Origin: a virus
Taxonomy: Duplodnaviria > Caudoviricetes
DNA length: 26,567 bases
Virus record (IMG/VR): IMGVR_UViG_3300017780_005927
Coordinates: 1 to 26,567 of that record
Strand: one strand, 5' to 3'
In this document: piece after piece, positions 1-9,031 of the stretch
How the letters are laid out: the number at the start of each line of letters is the position of its first letter
Numbering within the stretch: the stretch's first letter is position 1
The notes under the pieces: generated by a model
What the model was told of the DNA's origin: nothing
Database searches by the model: none
The model's input: the letters and a program-made list of their open reading frames with translations, nothing else
Program-made: the position numbers and the translations under genes

Positions 1-23
1 CAGTCCCAGTATCATTACCGAAG

Positions 24-251
24 GTGCATCAGATGTCCCATTGTTACCGAGTGAGAGTTACGGTTGAGTTAGACGTCATTAACGCAGAATCCGAGTCACA
101 GGCGAGGCAGACGGTGTTCAGCCTGCTCTCAGCTAGTGCATCGCCATCGAAGGGGAGGCCAGCATCGGGTCCGCGAGCGACGGTGACGGGTTTAACGATT
201 GGTGAGTTTTCAGACGTTGAATCAGACCGCAAATCAGACATGATGGAATGA
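24..251 (+). CDS. hypothetical protein upstream of terminase
   Basis: 75-aa ORF whose TGA overlaps the terminase ATG (ATGA at 248-251). No motif recognised and the start is uncertain. Confidence 0.55.
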   Translation: MHQMSHCYRVRVTVELDVINAESESQARQTVFSLLSASASPSKGRPASGPRATVTGLTIGEFSDVESDRKSDMME

Positions 252-1657
252 AGCTCTCAGCACCACAGTACGATTTCTTATCAACGCAGGCTCAGTTTGC
301 GGTGTATGGCGGAAGTGCAGGAAGCGGAAAGAGTTTTGCTTTGACGCTTGACCCATTGCGGCACTGTCAGGGTCCGTCTGCGGTGCATTCGTTTCGGGGA
401 GCGATCTTCAGGAGGACATATCCGCAGATAAGTTCACCTGGTGGTCTTTTGGATGAATGCCGGAACAACTACGAGAAGCTGGGTGCGATTTACAACAACA
501 CATCAGCGCAGTGGAGGTTTCCGAGTGGAGCCAAGATAAACCTGAGCAGCTTGCAGTTCACTAAAGACTTGAACAACTATCAGGGTTCGCAGTTAGACTT
601 TGTTGGTTTCGATGAATGCGCACAATTCGAGCAGTCGCAGGTGATGTTTTTGTGGGGGAGGTGCAGATCGAAGTCAGGGATCAAGGCAACACTGAGAGCC
701 ACATGCAATCCTGACGCATCGAGTTGGTTGTATAAATTTCTGTATTGGTGGATCGACCCTGTCAGTGGATATCCGATCAAAGACAGATCAGGAGTGATCC
801 GATATTTCAAGACACTGGGAGAGGAGTTTATATGGTCAGACGAGCCGACGTACGACGATGATGGAGTTCTTGAGACGACATCGGCGACATTTATTCCTGC
901 GACATTGAACGACAATCAGGTTCTGATGCAGGCGGATCCAAGTTACCGACAGAGGCTCATGCAGCTTTCTGATTCAGAGCGGGACAGGTATCTTCACGGG
1001 AACTGGTTGGCATCGAGCATTACTGGAACGGAGTGGAACCGCGATCTGTTTATTGACCTGTTAGTTCCGTTTGAGCAGTATCCTGTTCCGAGGCATGCAA
1101 GCGACGTTGTGCGGATGTTTTCGGTTGATGCGAGCAAAGGGAAGCATCAGCACAAGGGAGATTACTCGGCGATCATCTGTGTTGCGCAGAATTCCGAATT
1201 GAAATACGTCGATGCGGACGTAAAGCGACGACCACCGGGCCAGATAGTCGAGGATCTTTTTTTATTCACGAATCAGGAGCATCACAGCATCAGATCTGGA
1301 GACCTGATTGGGATTGAGGCACTTCAGTTCCAGTCGATCTTCATTGATTTGATTATGCACTACGCAGCGGCCCATCCTGACTATGCTCTCAGCAAGTATC
1401 TTCGATCTGGGGGAATTATCATCCCGGTTCAGGACATGTTGAAGAAAGAGATGCGAATCAGGAGGCTTGACGGCCCTCTTCGGCGAAGAGAATTCAGGTT
1501 AATTGAGAACCCTAGTACTTCATTGCTGTTGAACCAGTTCAGGAACTGGGATGGAATGCCCGGTGTGGGCAAGCATGACGACGCGATTGACGCACTGGAC
1601 ATGGCGTTGCAGTTACCGGGACATTTGGAACGGTATTATAAGGAATTGCGTAAGTGA
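248..1657 (+). CDS. terL: phage terminase large subunit
   Basis: Walker A GGSAGSGKS, Walker B FVGFDE, coupling motif ATCNP, and C-terminal RNase H-like nuclease motifs (VDAS..GDYSA, HDDAIDA). Lies upstream of the portal. Confidence 0.95.
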   Translation: MKLSAPQYDFLSTQAQFAVYGGSAGSGKSFALTLDPLRHCQGPSAVHSFRGAIFRRTYPQISSPGGLLDECRNNYEKLGAIYNNTSAQWRFPSGAKINLSSLQFTKDLNNYQGSQLDFVGFDECAQFEQSQVMFLWGRCRSKSGIKATLRATCNPDASSWLYKFLYWWIDPVSGYPIKDRSGVIRYFKTLGEEFIWSDEPTYDDDGVLETTSATFIPATLNDNQVLMQADPSYRQRLMQLSDSERDRYLHGNWLASSITGTEWNRDLFIDLLVPFEQYPVPRHASDVVRMFSVDASKGKHQHKGDYSAIICVAQNSELKYVDADVKRRPPGQIVEDLFLFTNQEHHSIRSGDLIGIEALQFQSIFIDLIMHYAAAHPDYALSKYLRSGGIIIPVQDMLKKEMRIRRLDGPLRRREFRLIENPSTSLLLNQFRNWDGMPGVGKHDDAIDALDMALQLPGHLERYYKELRK

Positions 1658-1893
1658 AGGACGGACAGAAACTCCCCAACAAACTCACCCTCCGCACAGG
1701 CTGGCGCGCATTCACATGTTACGAGTGCAAGTACAGATGGGCGGAACCGACGCGAGACAGGTTTTCGCCGAGCGTAGAGTCATGCCCGCGATGCAGCGAC
1801 AATTGTGTCCCAGAGCGCTACTGGCACGACGAAGAGTTGCAGACGGATAAGTTCGGCAATCTTATTCCAGTGGAGGATCGCGATGACAATTAG
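1654..1893 (+). CDS. small zinc-ribbon protein
   Basis: CYEC...CPRC pair. GTG start overlaps the terL stop. Confidence 0.65.
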   Translation: MKDGQKLPNKLTLRTGWRAFTCYECKYRWAEPTRDRFSPSVESCPRCSDNCVPERYWHDEELQTDKFGNLIPVEDRDDN

Positions 1894-2215
1894 CCCTGAC
1901 GACAAGATGGACGCACCGATCGACGATATTTTGTATTGGAGTTTCAGGCTGATAAAAAGAGCGTCAGCCATGATGAAAAACGAACCTGTCAGTGAGATGA
2001 GTGACGCAGAGATGGGTGTGCTTGAGAAAGAGTATTGGGAGAAAGAAGAGGAACTGCGGCAGGCGTATTTGGTGGTGTTGAAACTGCGATGCAAAGAGAT
2101 CGCTGATCACTGTGAGTCGATTGGGTTTAGGGGAGTGACGGAGAAGTTTGTCAAGGAAAATCCGTTTTTGATGGCTTTGGCGTACGGACAATTTTGTGAG
2201 ATAGACCATGCCTAA
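1883..2215 (+). CDS. hypothetical protein
   Basis: ATG at 1883 preceded by GGAGG (1872-1876), in frame with the 1805..2215 ORF. Helical, acidic composition. Confidence 0.6.
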   Translation: MTISPDDKMDAPIDDILYWSFRLIKRASAMMKNEPVSEMSDAEMGVLEKEYWEKEEELRQAYLVVLKLRCKEIADHCESIGFRGVTEKFVKENPFLMALAYGQFCEIDHA

Positions 2216-2378
2216 GAAGTGTAAATCTTGTTCATCAAAAGACCCGGAGATGATAATCTTCGTGATGATTCAGACGGTCAGTGTCCTGTGCTGTCAGACG
2301 ATGATCCCGATGCCGTACGCCGGGCATCATGCACATTTCGTGCGAAGTAAGAGTAGCTGGTGGTCAGACTTCGAGTAA
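2208..2378 (+). CDS. small hypothetical protein (MPKKCKSC...), frame after codon 10 uncertain
   Basis: ATG at 2208 overlaps the previous gene end and gives a 56-aa ORF filling the gap before the portal. Below the ORF-track cutoff. Confidence 0.35.
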   Translation: MPKKCKSCSSKDPEMIIFVMIQTVSVLCCQTMIPMPYAGHHAHFVRSKSSWWSDFE

Positions 2379-2406
2379 AATAGGCTTGTTTGCATTTGCG
2401 AAATCA

Positions 2407-2435
2407 CTGAAACCCTTTAATATGGTTTCAGGAGA
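2407..2435 (+). promoter_or_regulatory. inverted repeat abutting the portal Shine-Dalgarno
   Basis: CTGAAACC (2407-2414) / GGTTTCAG (2424-2431) with an AT-rich loop. The 3' arm overlaps AGGAG (2430-2434). Confidence 0.35.
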
Positions 2436-2442
2436 ATTCAAA

Positions 2443-4044
2443 ATGATCAATCGAGTAAATCAATCCACGTCGTATTCCATCGAGCACGAATTATTCGCCA
2501 TATCTGCGTCGAAAGTCGCTCGCCAGATTATGGAGGAGTTGGGAACGGGTTACTCTAGGCAGAACGACGAGGGCGACGACACGTTTCCGCACGGAGGCGA
2601 GGAGCCATACGACATCACTGAGGGGACGCTGGGCGTAAACCGGGTCATGACGTTGGGCGACAGCTTGTCGAGAGTGTGTTGGGGCTCAAACGCGAAGGAC
2701 AACAGGGCGTACTACATTGCGGACACGGGTCACGTCGTCACGGTGAAGCCGAAGAACGAGGCGAATCCGAATGCAAAGGCTGTGAAGAACGCAGAGCGAT
2801 TCCTTGAGAAGTGGCAGAAAGAGAACAATTGGAAGCTCCGTCAGTCGGAGGTGAGTCACCGTTGCGACCGTCACGGGGAGGTATTTGACCTTCTGTACTA
2901 CGACGACGACGGGATTTTGCGAGTTTATTTCGCGGAACCGACTGATCTTGAGGAAGACCCGAACAGCCAGTATCAGGACTCGAATGCGGGTGACAATCCG
3001 TCGCCATATCCGTTCATCGACTTATTTGGTGTGCGGCGTACGAACGACATCAGGTACAGGCCTGTCGCATATTTCATTGAGAGCGAATGGTTCCCTGATC
3101 TACGTTATGTTTCTCAGATGGGCGCAGTACCTGCACCTGAGAGCCTAAATTCAGGGAAAGTGGCAGTTCAGCACCGCAAGCGGAATGTTTTAGCGAACGA
3201 TCCACGGGGATTGACGCTATTTTGGCCTGTGCGTGAGGAAATGATCTTTGCCAAGAAGTTGCTGGCAAACCTGATGCGAGTATCGACGTTTCAGGCGGCG
3301 TATGGTGCGATCCGGACGATAAACGCCAGCCAAGGAGCGGATCAGGTGGCAAGCTGGCTTGCATCACAGCAGACGGGGGATGGATCTGCAGGTCAGCGGG
3401 AGAGTTTTGACTTCCCGGCCGCATCCGTGGTTACAGTCCCCGGCACGATCACATATGAGTTCCCGGAGACAGGCGCGGGTAACAGTAATCAGATCGAAGT
3501 TCTGACGAGTCTTCTGCGCGCGTGCTCTGCCGGGATGAAAATTCCTGAGTTTATGCTGTCTGCGGACGTATCACAGGGGAACTTTGCATCGACGCTGGTA
3601 TCGGAGGGGCCGTTTCATAAGGGAATGCGATTCGAACAGTCCCAGATGGTCGCGGAGGACGAGGTTATCCTGATGCAGGCGTTGCGATACGCTGCATTGA
3701 GAGGTGTTGAAGACATCACTGACGCGGATATCGATGACATCGTGCTTCATATTAAGCCACCGAGGGTACAGACGAGGAACCGCGCGGAAGACTTCGACGT
3801 CAACAAGGAGTTGTACGACCGAGGAGAACTATCAGGCAAGACGTTGCTGGCCGAGGAGGGCAAGGAGCGGGAGTCTGAACAGGCTCAACGACAGTCGGAG
3901 TTGAAAAATGAACTGGATTTACCAAAGGGCAGCAGTTTAGCGACGACTGCGTCGATGCCAGGGCCTGTGACGAAGAAGAAAACCGACCCAATGAAGGAAA
4001 AAGGGGTCTCGAAAGGAAATCCGGAAAAAATTATACAGAAATGA
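2443..4044 (+). CDS. phage portal protein
   Basis: 533 aa from ATG 2443 (AGGAG RBS), between terminase and protease. Portal-like segments (DRHGEVF, DPRGLTLF, GMKIPEFMLSADVSQGNFAS). Confidence 0.88.
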   Translation: MINRVNQSTSYSIEHELFAISASKVARQIMEELGTGYSRQNDEGDDTFPHGGEEPYDITEGTLGVNRVMTLGDSLSRVCWGSNAKDNRAYYIADTGHVVTVKPKNEANPNAKAVKNAERFLEKWQKENNWKLRQSEVSHRCDRHGEVFDLLYYDDDGILRVYFAEPTDLEEDPNSQYQDSNAGDNPSPYPFIDLFGVRRTNDIRYRPVAYFIESEWFPDLRYVSQMGAVPAPESLNSGKVAVQHRKRNVLANDPRGLTLFWPVREEMIFAKKLLANLMRVSTFQAAYGAIRTINASQGADQVASWLASQQTGDGSAGQRESFDFPAASVVTVPGTITYEFPETGAGNSNQIEVLTSLLRACSAGMKIPEFMLSADVSQGNFASTLVSEGPFHKGMRFEQSQMVAEDEVILMQALRYAALRGVEDITDADIDDIVLHIKPPRVQTRNRAEDFDVNKELYDRGELSGKTLLAEEGKERESEQAQRQSELKNELDLPKGSSLATTASMPGPVTKKKTDPMKEKGVSKGNPEKIIQK

Positions 4045-4120
4045 GTTGCACAACTGAAAAGGTGTACTTACAAACGAAGTCACTTGATTTCGGCGAAACG
4101 CTGAAACGGGAAAATGAAAA

Positions 4121-4183
4121 ATGTGCGCTTGCAACAAAAATAAAAAGAAGCCACCACCTCCGCCTCCACCACCGGAACCTTAA
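4121..4183 (+). CDS. candidate micro-ORF MCACNKNKKKPPPPPPPPEP
   Basis: ATG 4121 to TAA 4181-4183. Eight consecutive Pro codons with varied third positions. Ends 2 nt before the protease GTG. Confidence 0.4.
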   Translation: MCACNKNKKKPPPPPPPPEP

Positions 4184-4185
4184 AA

Positions 4186-5193
4186 GTGAATGACGCCCTT
4201 GAAACCGAAGATGCATTTGAGGCAATTGCCGAAGAACGCATTGATCGCGAGAAGGGAATCATCCGTGGGGTGAAGTTGTTAGGGATTCGTTCGAAGAACA
4301 GGCGAGACTACGACACACCTGGTGTTCGTGTGTCAGCCCAGAAGTTGCTTTCGGGCGCTGCGATATACATTGACCATCCGAAGACGGCGACGGACGCACG
4401 ATCCTACAAGGATAAGTTTGGCGTTGTCGGCAAGGAAGTGAAGTATGTTCCTGGACAGGGACATTTTGGCGACATCCACTTCAACCCGAAGAATCAGGTC
4501 GCCGAGCAATTTATTTGGGACGTGTTGTTCGCTCCGAACACTTTTGGAATGAGCATCAACTCTGCAGTGAAGTATGCGGACGATGGTCGTCGGAATAAGA
4601 CAGGCGATCAGGTTATTGAGTCAATTGAGGTATTGCGTTCTCTTGACGTTGTGACGCGGCCCGGCACGACGGACGGAATTTTTGAATCTGAGGAAGATGA
4701 AACAATGGATCTCAAGACCCTACGCGAAAAGCATCCTGAACTTGTAACAGAGTTGTTGAAAGACAACTCGAAGTCAGTCACGGAACAAGCAGAGTTGGAC
4801 GCTGCCAAAAAGGAAGCGGCCGACCTGAAGGTTCGTCTGGATGCATTGGAGTCTGCGAATGCAGCCGCCAAGCTGAAGTCTGAAGTGGAGAAAGAAGTCA
4901 GCGATGCGTTTGAGGGGGTTGAGATCGAGAGTGAACTACTTGGCGAAATCGTCGAGTGTGCTTGTGAGATGAAGGCGGATACCCGCAAGAAATTCACAGG
5001 TGTTTTGGCTAAGTTATCTCCGATGCTGGTTGACGCACCTGACGAAGAAGAAGTCGAAGTTGACGAGGAAGTCGTCATCAAGGAAGAAGTCGAAGAAAAG
5101 AAGCCGGCATACGTGCCAACTCGGAAGAACAAAGAGTCGAAGGCTTCTGCTTCTTACGACATATACAAGTCGCTCGGTCTAAAAGTGTCTTGA
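4186..5193 (+). CDS. prohead maturation protease fused to coiled-coil scaffold
   Basis: N-terminal SKNRRDY, YIDHP (His), FGMSIN (Ser) and LDVVTRPG motifs typical of prohead proteases. Acidic coiled-coil C-half. Position between portal and capsid genes. Confidence 0.8.
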   Translation: MNDALETEDAFEAIAEERIDREKGIIRGVKLLGIRSKNRRDYDTPGVRVSAQKLLSGAAIYIDHPKTATDARSYKDKFGVVGKEVKYVPGQGHFGDIHFNPKNQVAEQFIWDVLFAPNTFGMSINSAVKYADDGRRNKTGDQVIESIEVLRSLDVVTRPGTTDGIFESEEDETMDLKTLREKHPELVTELLKDNSKSVTEQAELDAAKKEAADLKVRLDALESANAAAKLKSEVEKEVSDAFEGVEIESELLGEIVECACEMKADTRKKFTGVLAKLSPMLVDAPDEEEVEVDEEVVIKEEVEEKKPAYVPTRKNKESKASASYDIYKSLGLKVS

Positions 5194-5249
5194 ACCGCCG
5201 TACGGGCTTTTGAATTCAAAATTGATCTTTGTGTTTTTGGAGTGACGAA

Positions 5250-5783
5250 ATGCCACGGTGCCTCGATGTAATGAATCAGTACGGTCATGTTCCTGATGAC
5301 ACGGACATTCGTACGTTGTCTTTGCCTGCGACTCTTGTCGATGTTTGTCCTGGGGATTTCCTAGGTTCGGACACAACCACGGGAGTTCTAACGGCCGCGT
5401 TGATCCAAACGGATCAGGCGTGGGACACGAATTTGAGTACGACTCAGGTTGCTGCAGCGGCAAAGTTGATTGGGGTCAGTCTGCAGGAAGTAGATTCTGA
5501 CGCCGGCGTGTGCAATGACGCACCGACGAGCATTCCAGTTGCGTGGCGTCGCACCGGATCATCGTTCCGTCGTGCCTACAAGATTGTAGACACGGCTGGA
5601 GCAGCGGCACCGACCACATGGATCATTGGTCAGGGATTCACGTTCGGCAAAGTTGCTGGATCGAATCTGTTGTCCAACAACACGATCCAGAAAACAACAA
5701 CTGGTGCTGACATTGTGTTTCGCGCTGTGAAATCAAGCGGTGCTGATTCTGTTGCGTACGCTGAGGTTGAGTTCTCAACATAA
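5250..5783 (+). CDS. putative head decoration/cement protein
   Basis: 177 aa, Thr/Ala/Gly/Val-rich, immediately upstream of the capsid gene. ATG 5250 with GGAG RBS. Confidence 0.65.
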   Translation: MPRCLDVMNQYGHVPDDTDIRTLSLPATLVDVCPGDFLGSDTTTGVLTAALIQTDQAWDTNLSTTQVAAAAKLIGVSLQEVDSDAGVCNDAPTSIPVAWRRTGSSFRRAYKIVDTAGAAAPTTWIIGQGFTFGKVAGSNLLSNNTIQKTTTGADIVFRAVKSSGADSVAYAEVEFST

Positions 5784-5838
5784 GCATGTCATTGGTGATG
5801 TGTCGAAAATCTCTAGTTTTTTGTACAGGAATTGCATC

Positions 5839-7065
5839 ATGGCGAATCGCCAATTGACTGAAAAACTTCTTCGCGACATGAAGAAGCACAAAGAGTCCGA
5901 CGTGTTGGAGTCGCTGCAGGGTGCGATAGAAGCTAAGTCAGTAAAGCCTGCTGACATCGACTTGACAGCATGTCTGGAATCGGACTTTGGTCCTGATTGG
6001 CGTCGTCGAACATCCGAGAACGGTGTTTCGGATGATGCGATGGAAGCGATCATCACAAGTGGCACGTTCAACAAGATGGCGCAGATCGTTATCCGGAACA
6101 GCCTGCGTGAAAATCCACGCGAAGAGTACATGATCAGTAACATGGTCGGTACGGAGTCTCGTGGCGAGTGCGAAGAGTCTTACAAGGACTTCGGTGCATT
6201 CAGCGACATCAAGGTTCATGAAGTTGGCGAGTTGGAAGCTGGCCCTGATTACGGGCTTTCGACTGACTGGTTGCAGCATCCGAATGGAAAGGCTGTTGCT
6301 GCCGGGGTAGCGTTTACTCGTGAAGCAATGTGCAAGGATCCAAACGGATACTTGATGCAGCAGATTCCGAAGTTGCGTGATGCTCACGACCTCTACCGCG
6401 AGGAAAAACTGGTCGATGCTATGATTGGGTACAACGTAACTTGGAACCGATCGGACACTGACTACGACATTTTCTACGACAGTGGGTATGGAAGTGTGTT
6501 TGCTAGTGGAGCGAATGGCCCGTGGATCAACGCATCGGCAGAAGCGATCGTGTGCGGTGAAGACCTACAGGTTGTAAAGAACATTTTCTACGACATGACA
6601 GACATTGTTCATGGTCGTCCGATGTCGATGGATGTGAACGGGTTAGACGTGTTCACGAGCCAGCGGACACGGGATCGGATCAACCCGATTTTAAACGCAA
6701 CAAGTGTTGAGCGTGATGCGACATGTCCGGGTTCAGGCGACACGATTCACTATTTCATGTCCCCTGAGATTGCGAACGGAATGACGTTTAGTCCGAAGGC
6801 ATACATTCGTCTGATGCAGGCGATTGCCAGCCGATACAGCTTGACGACTGCTCGTGCGAACGAGTGGATCTTCTTTGGTAAGCTGACTGAGTTCCTTGCT
6901 TGGACGTATCAGGTCCAACCTGAAGTTCGCCGGCTAACGCTGGCCGCGCAGGACCAGAAGAAACGAGTTGTTGCTCGCTACGACAGTTACTCCAAGGGTT
7001 ATGCTTGGATCAAGGATCCACAAAAAGCAATGTGGATCACTGGATCTGAGTCAGACTCGATCTAA
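5839..7065 (+). CDS. major capsid protein (HK97 fold inferred)
   Basis: 408 aa from ATG 5839 (AGGA RBS). Capsid-like segments EAIITSGTF, VGELEAGP, AFTREAMCKD. Followed by a strong terminator. Confidence 0.85.
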   Translation: MANRQLTEKLLRDMKKHKESDVLESLQGAIEAKSVKPADIDLTACLESDFGPDWRRRTSENGVSDDAMEAIITSGTFNKMAQIVIRNSLRENPREEYMISNMVGTESRGECEESYKDFGAFSDIKVHEVGELEAGPDYGLSTDWLQHPNGKAVAAGVAFTREAMCKDPNGYLMQQIPKLRDAHDLYREEKLVDAMIGYNVTWNRSDTDYDIFYDSGYGSVFASGANGPWINASAEAIVCGEDLQVVKNIFYDMTDIVHGRPMSMDVNGLDVFTSQRTRDRINPILNATSVERDATCPGSGDTIHYFMSPEIANGMTFSPKAYIRLMQAIASRYSLTTARANEWIFFGKLTEFLAWTYQVQPEVRRLTLAAQDQKKRVVARYDSYSKGYAWIKDPQKAMWITGSESDSI

Positions 7066-7090
7066 TAAATTGAAAAGCGTGAGTTGTTAG

Positions 7091-7128
7091 AGAGCGGCGG
7101 CGAGTGATCGCCGCCGCTCTTTCTGTTT
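7091..7128 (+). terminator. Rho-independent terminator after major capsid gene
   Basis: Perfect 13-bp stem AGAGCGGCGGCGA / TCGCCGCCGCTCT with GTGA (GNRA) loop, followed by TTCTGTTT. Confidence 0.9.
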
Positions 7129-7149
7129 AACGAAGGGTGGAGATTGAAA

Positions 7150-7419
7150 ATGGCTGCTGGAATTTCGAAGATATGGGCATTGCGTATGCCCGGTGGGATG
7201 ACAAAGATTATTAAATCAGACAGTTCTCTGTCTGAGAAAGACGCGAAAGATTTGTACATAGAATCTTTCGCGTACAGGTCAGCCCGATGCCTGTTGGACA
7301 AGGAAGCTCTTTGGCCTCTTTGCAAGGCGATTGACGAAGCAGAGATGCACAGGGACTTTACTTTGTTCCTACAGGAGAGCCAGGTAACCGGAAAGCATAA
7401 GCATCTTGTGGAGGTTTGA
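7150..7419 (+). CDS. hypothetical protein
   Basis: 89-aa ORF between capsid and neck genes. No motif recognised. Confidence 0.6.
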   Translation: MAAGISKIWALRMPGGMTKIIKSDSSLSEKDAKDLYIESFAYRSARCLLDKEALWPLCKAIDEAEMHRDFTLFLQESQVTGKHKHLVEV

Positions 7420-7421
7420 TC

Positions 7422-7730
7422 GTGGCCGACTGTCTTTCATGTGTGGAACTGGAACAGAAACTATGCGAGCTCGCTGAAGAGATCGCAGCAGCCAGTTGTG
7501 ACACGCAAATATGGAAGGAAGGCGACACGACCCGCGACGGGACTGCTGGTCTGCAAGCCAAGGTTGACGTGATGAACATGTACCGAGATCTTTACACTTC
7601 GAAGAAGTGTGGATCTGATGGGGAGCTTTACGAGTTCATTCATGTGCCATGCGTCACACCTGTGACATGCGTTGGGACTGTATGCCGCACAGTACCTGCT
7701 GTCAGAGAGCAGAGGAGGTATCGCAGGTGA
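7422..7730 (+). CDS. putative head-tail adaptor (gpW-like), Cys-rich
   Basis: GTG 7422 with GGAGG RBS. Helix-hairpin-helix pattern and position after the capsid gene. 8 Cys. Confidence 0.55.
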   Translation: MADCLSCVELEQKLCELAEEIAAASCDTQIWKEGDTTRDGTAGLQAKVDVMNMYRDLYTSKKCGSDGELYEFIHVPCVTPVTCVGTVCRTVPAVREQRRYRR

Positions 7731-8407
7731 GTCACTCTAGCTCAGAATCATGCTGTGATGACACGCTTTGTGCCTGTGAAGACTGGTTAACGTCGTTTTG
7801 CGACTACGAGACGGTGACGTTGGATTATTGCGACGTGCAGACGGTATTTTACCATGCACGTTCGCGCGGGATTCAAATGTCATCGGCAAACGTGCAGGAA
7901 GGAATCCATCCGGCCGACAAGGTCTTCAGGATTTCGACATTGGAGAATTCTGTCGAGGTAGGCATTGGCGGAACGATCACGGATTCAGACGACACGGAAT
8001 GGGTCATCTATTCGGTGACTGATTTAGTGTCGTTCTGTGTCAAGGTCATGCATGTGAGATCAGTATCGGCATGTTTCCAGTTGCTGGAGAATGTAGATGT
8101 GCTTGAACTCGATTGCGCCAACTGTGAGACATGCGATGACGTGGTGCGATACAAGAGAGTGGGGCGAGTCAAAGGAAAGATTACGGCGCAAAGCGGAACT
8201 CTCCAGACGCGAAACGACTCACGAGATCTCATCTACACATTCTCAGGATCACTGGTGCGATGGCCTCTATCAGTTCGTCCATCGGCGAACCACCGACTGA
8301 AGGACAAGTCTGGTATGTACCGGATCACACGAGTGACTGATAACGGCGTCTTTGTTCCGTATTTAGTCGGATTGGAGGCAGAAAATGTCCTCTGTGACGT
8401 TCGTTGA
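7727..8407 (+). CDS. putative head-closure/neck protein, Cys-rich
   Basis: GTG 7727 (GTGA overlap, AGGAGG RBS). Beta-rich with two 'ITD..EWVI' / 'LKD..MYRI'-type segments suggesting tandem closure-like domains. Synteny. Confidence 0.55.
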   Translation: MSHSSSESCCDDTLCACEDWLTSFCDYETVTLDYCDVQTVFYHARSRGIQMSSANVQEGIHPADKVFRISTLENSVEVGIGGTITDSDDTEWVIYSVTDLVSFCVKVMHVRSVSACFQLLENVDVLELDCANCETCDDVVRYKRVGRVKGKITAQSGTLQTRNDSRDLIYTFSGSLVRWPLSVRPSANHRLKDKSGMYRITRVTDNGVFVPYLVGLEAENVLCDVR

Positions 8408-8873
8408 TCATAGCAAGAAGATCAAGGAGAAGTTGGACAGGAAGTTAGAGGAATGCATTCGGGCAGCGGCTGTTTCTTTGTCTGCCAGCTACAGGGATGG
8501 ACTACAGGCGAACATAGCTCCACAGCATTCGAATATCGGAGAGATTCCGCATGCATACGCCGGTCACAAGCCAGGAGGATTTGGGCCTCTGAATGGGTAC
8601 GGTGAAGCAAACAATACGACAGCACAAGGTTTTGCTAGGGATCAAGGAGTTGGCAGCGACTTTCTGTCAAATTACATTGAAGGTGGAGCGAGTGGGCATT
8701 TCGGAACTATCGAGGGATTTGTAGGATTCCGTAAAAGCCATGTCGTTGACCGAAGTAAGAACTATCTTCTTTGGCACGACAGTAATGGGAGACCATGGGT
8801 GTACCCATTGTTTCGAGAGAACAGATCTCAGATGGCCATGGCAGCAAAAAAAGGATTCAAGGAAGCAGAATGA
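8385..8873 (+). CDS. putative neck/tail-completion protein (HK97 gp10-like)
   Basis: Synteny, N-terminal helix and C-terminal GRPWVYP resembling the RPF/W-x-x-P motif of this class. Confidence 0.55.
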   Translation: MSSVTFVDHSKKIKEKLDRKLEECIRAAAVSLSASYRDGLQANIAPQHSNIGEIPHAYAGHKPGGFGPLNGYGEANNTTAQGFARDQGVGSDFLSNYIEGGASGHFGTIEGFVGFRKSHVVDRSKNYLLWHDSNGRPWVYPLFRENRSQMAMAAKKGFKEAE

Positions 8874-9031
8874 CCTACGTCGTCTACGGTTGTGGCACAC
8901 CGATCAAAGTCGAAACATATTCTCCGGAAGTGGCAGAAGCACTTGTCGTTGAAAATTACGGCGTTAAGATCGAAAACATCATAGCAGTGAGGGAAGACAA
9001 TGTCGTGTTGCATCGAGACGGCGATTCTTGA
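8870..9031 (+). CDS. small hypothetical protein
   Basis: ATGA overlap with the previous stop. 53 aa (MTYVVYGCG...). Confidence 0.5.
   Translation: MTYVVYGCGTPIKVETYSPEVAEALVVENYGVKIENIIAVREDNVVLHRDGDS

Noticed and set aside
2396-2423. Sigma70-like promoter TTGCGA-16-TAATAT before the portal
   Set aside because: Weak match with suboptimal spacing; cannot be supported from sequence alone.
2329-2442. Longer upstream starts given by the ORF track (portal 2329, capsid 5740, closure 7649, holin 22817)
   Set aside because: Downstream starts have better RBS or stop/start overlaps, and the extensions cross regulatory hairpins or other genes.
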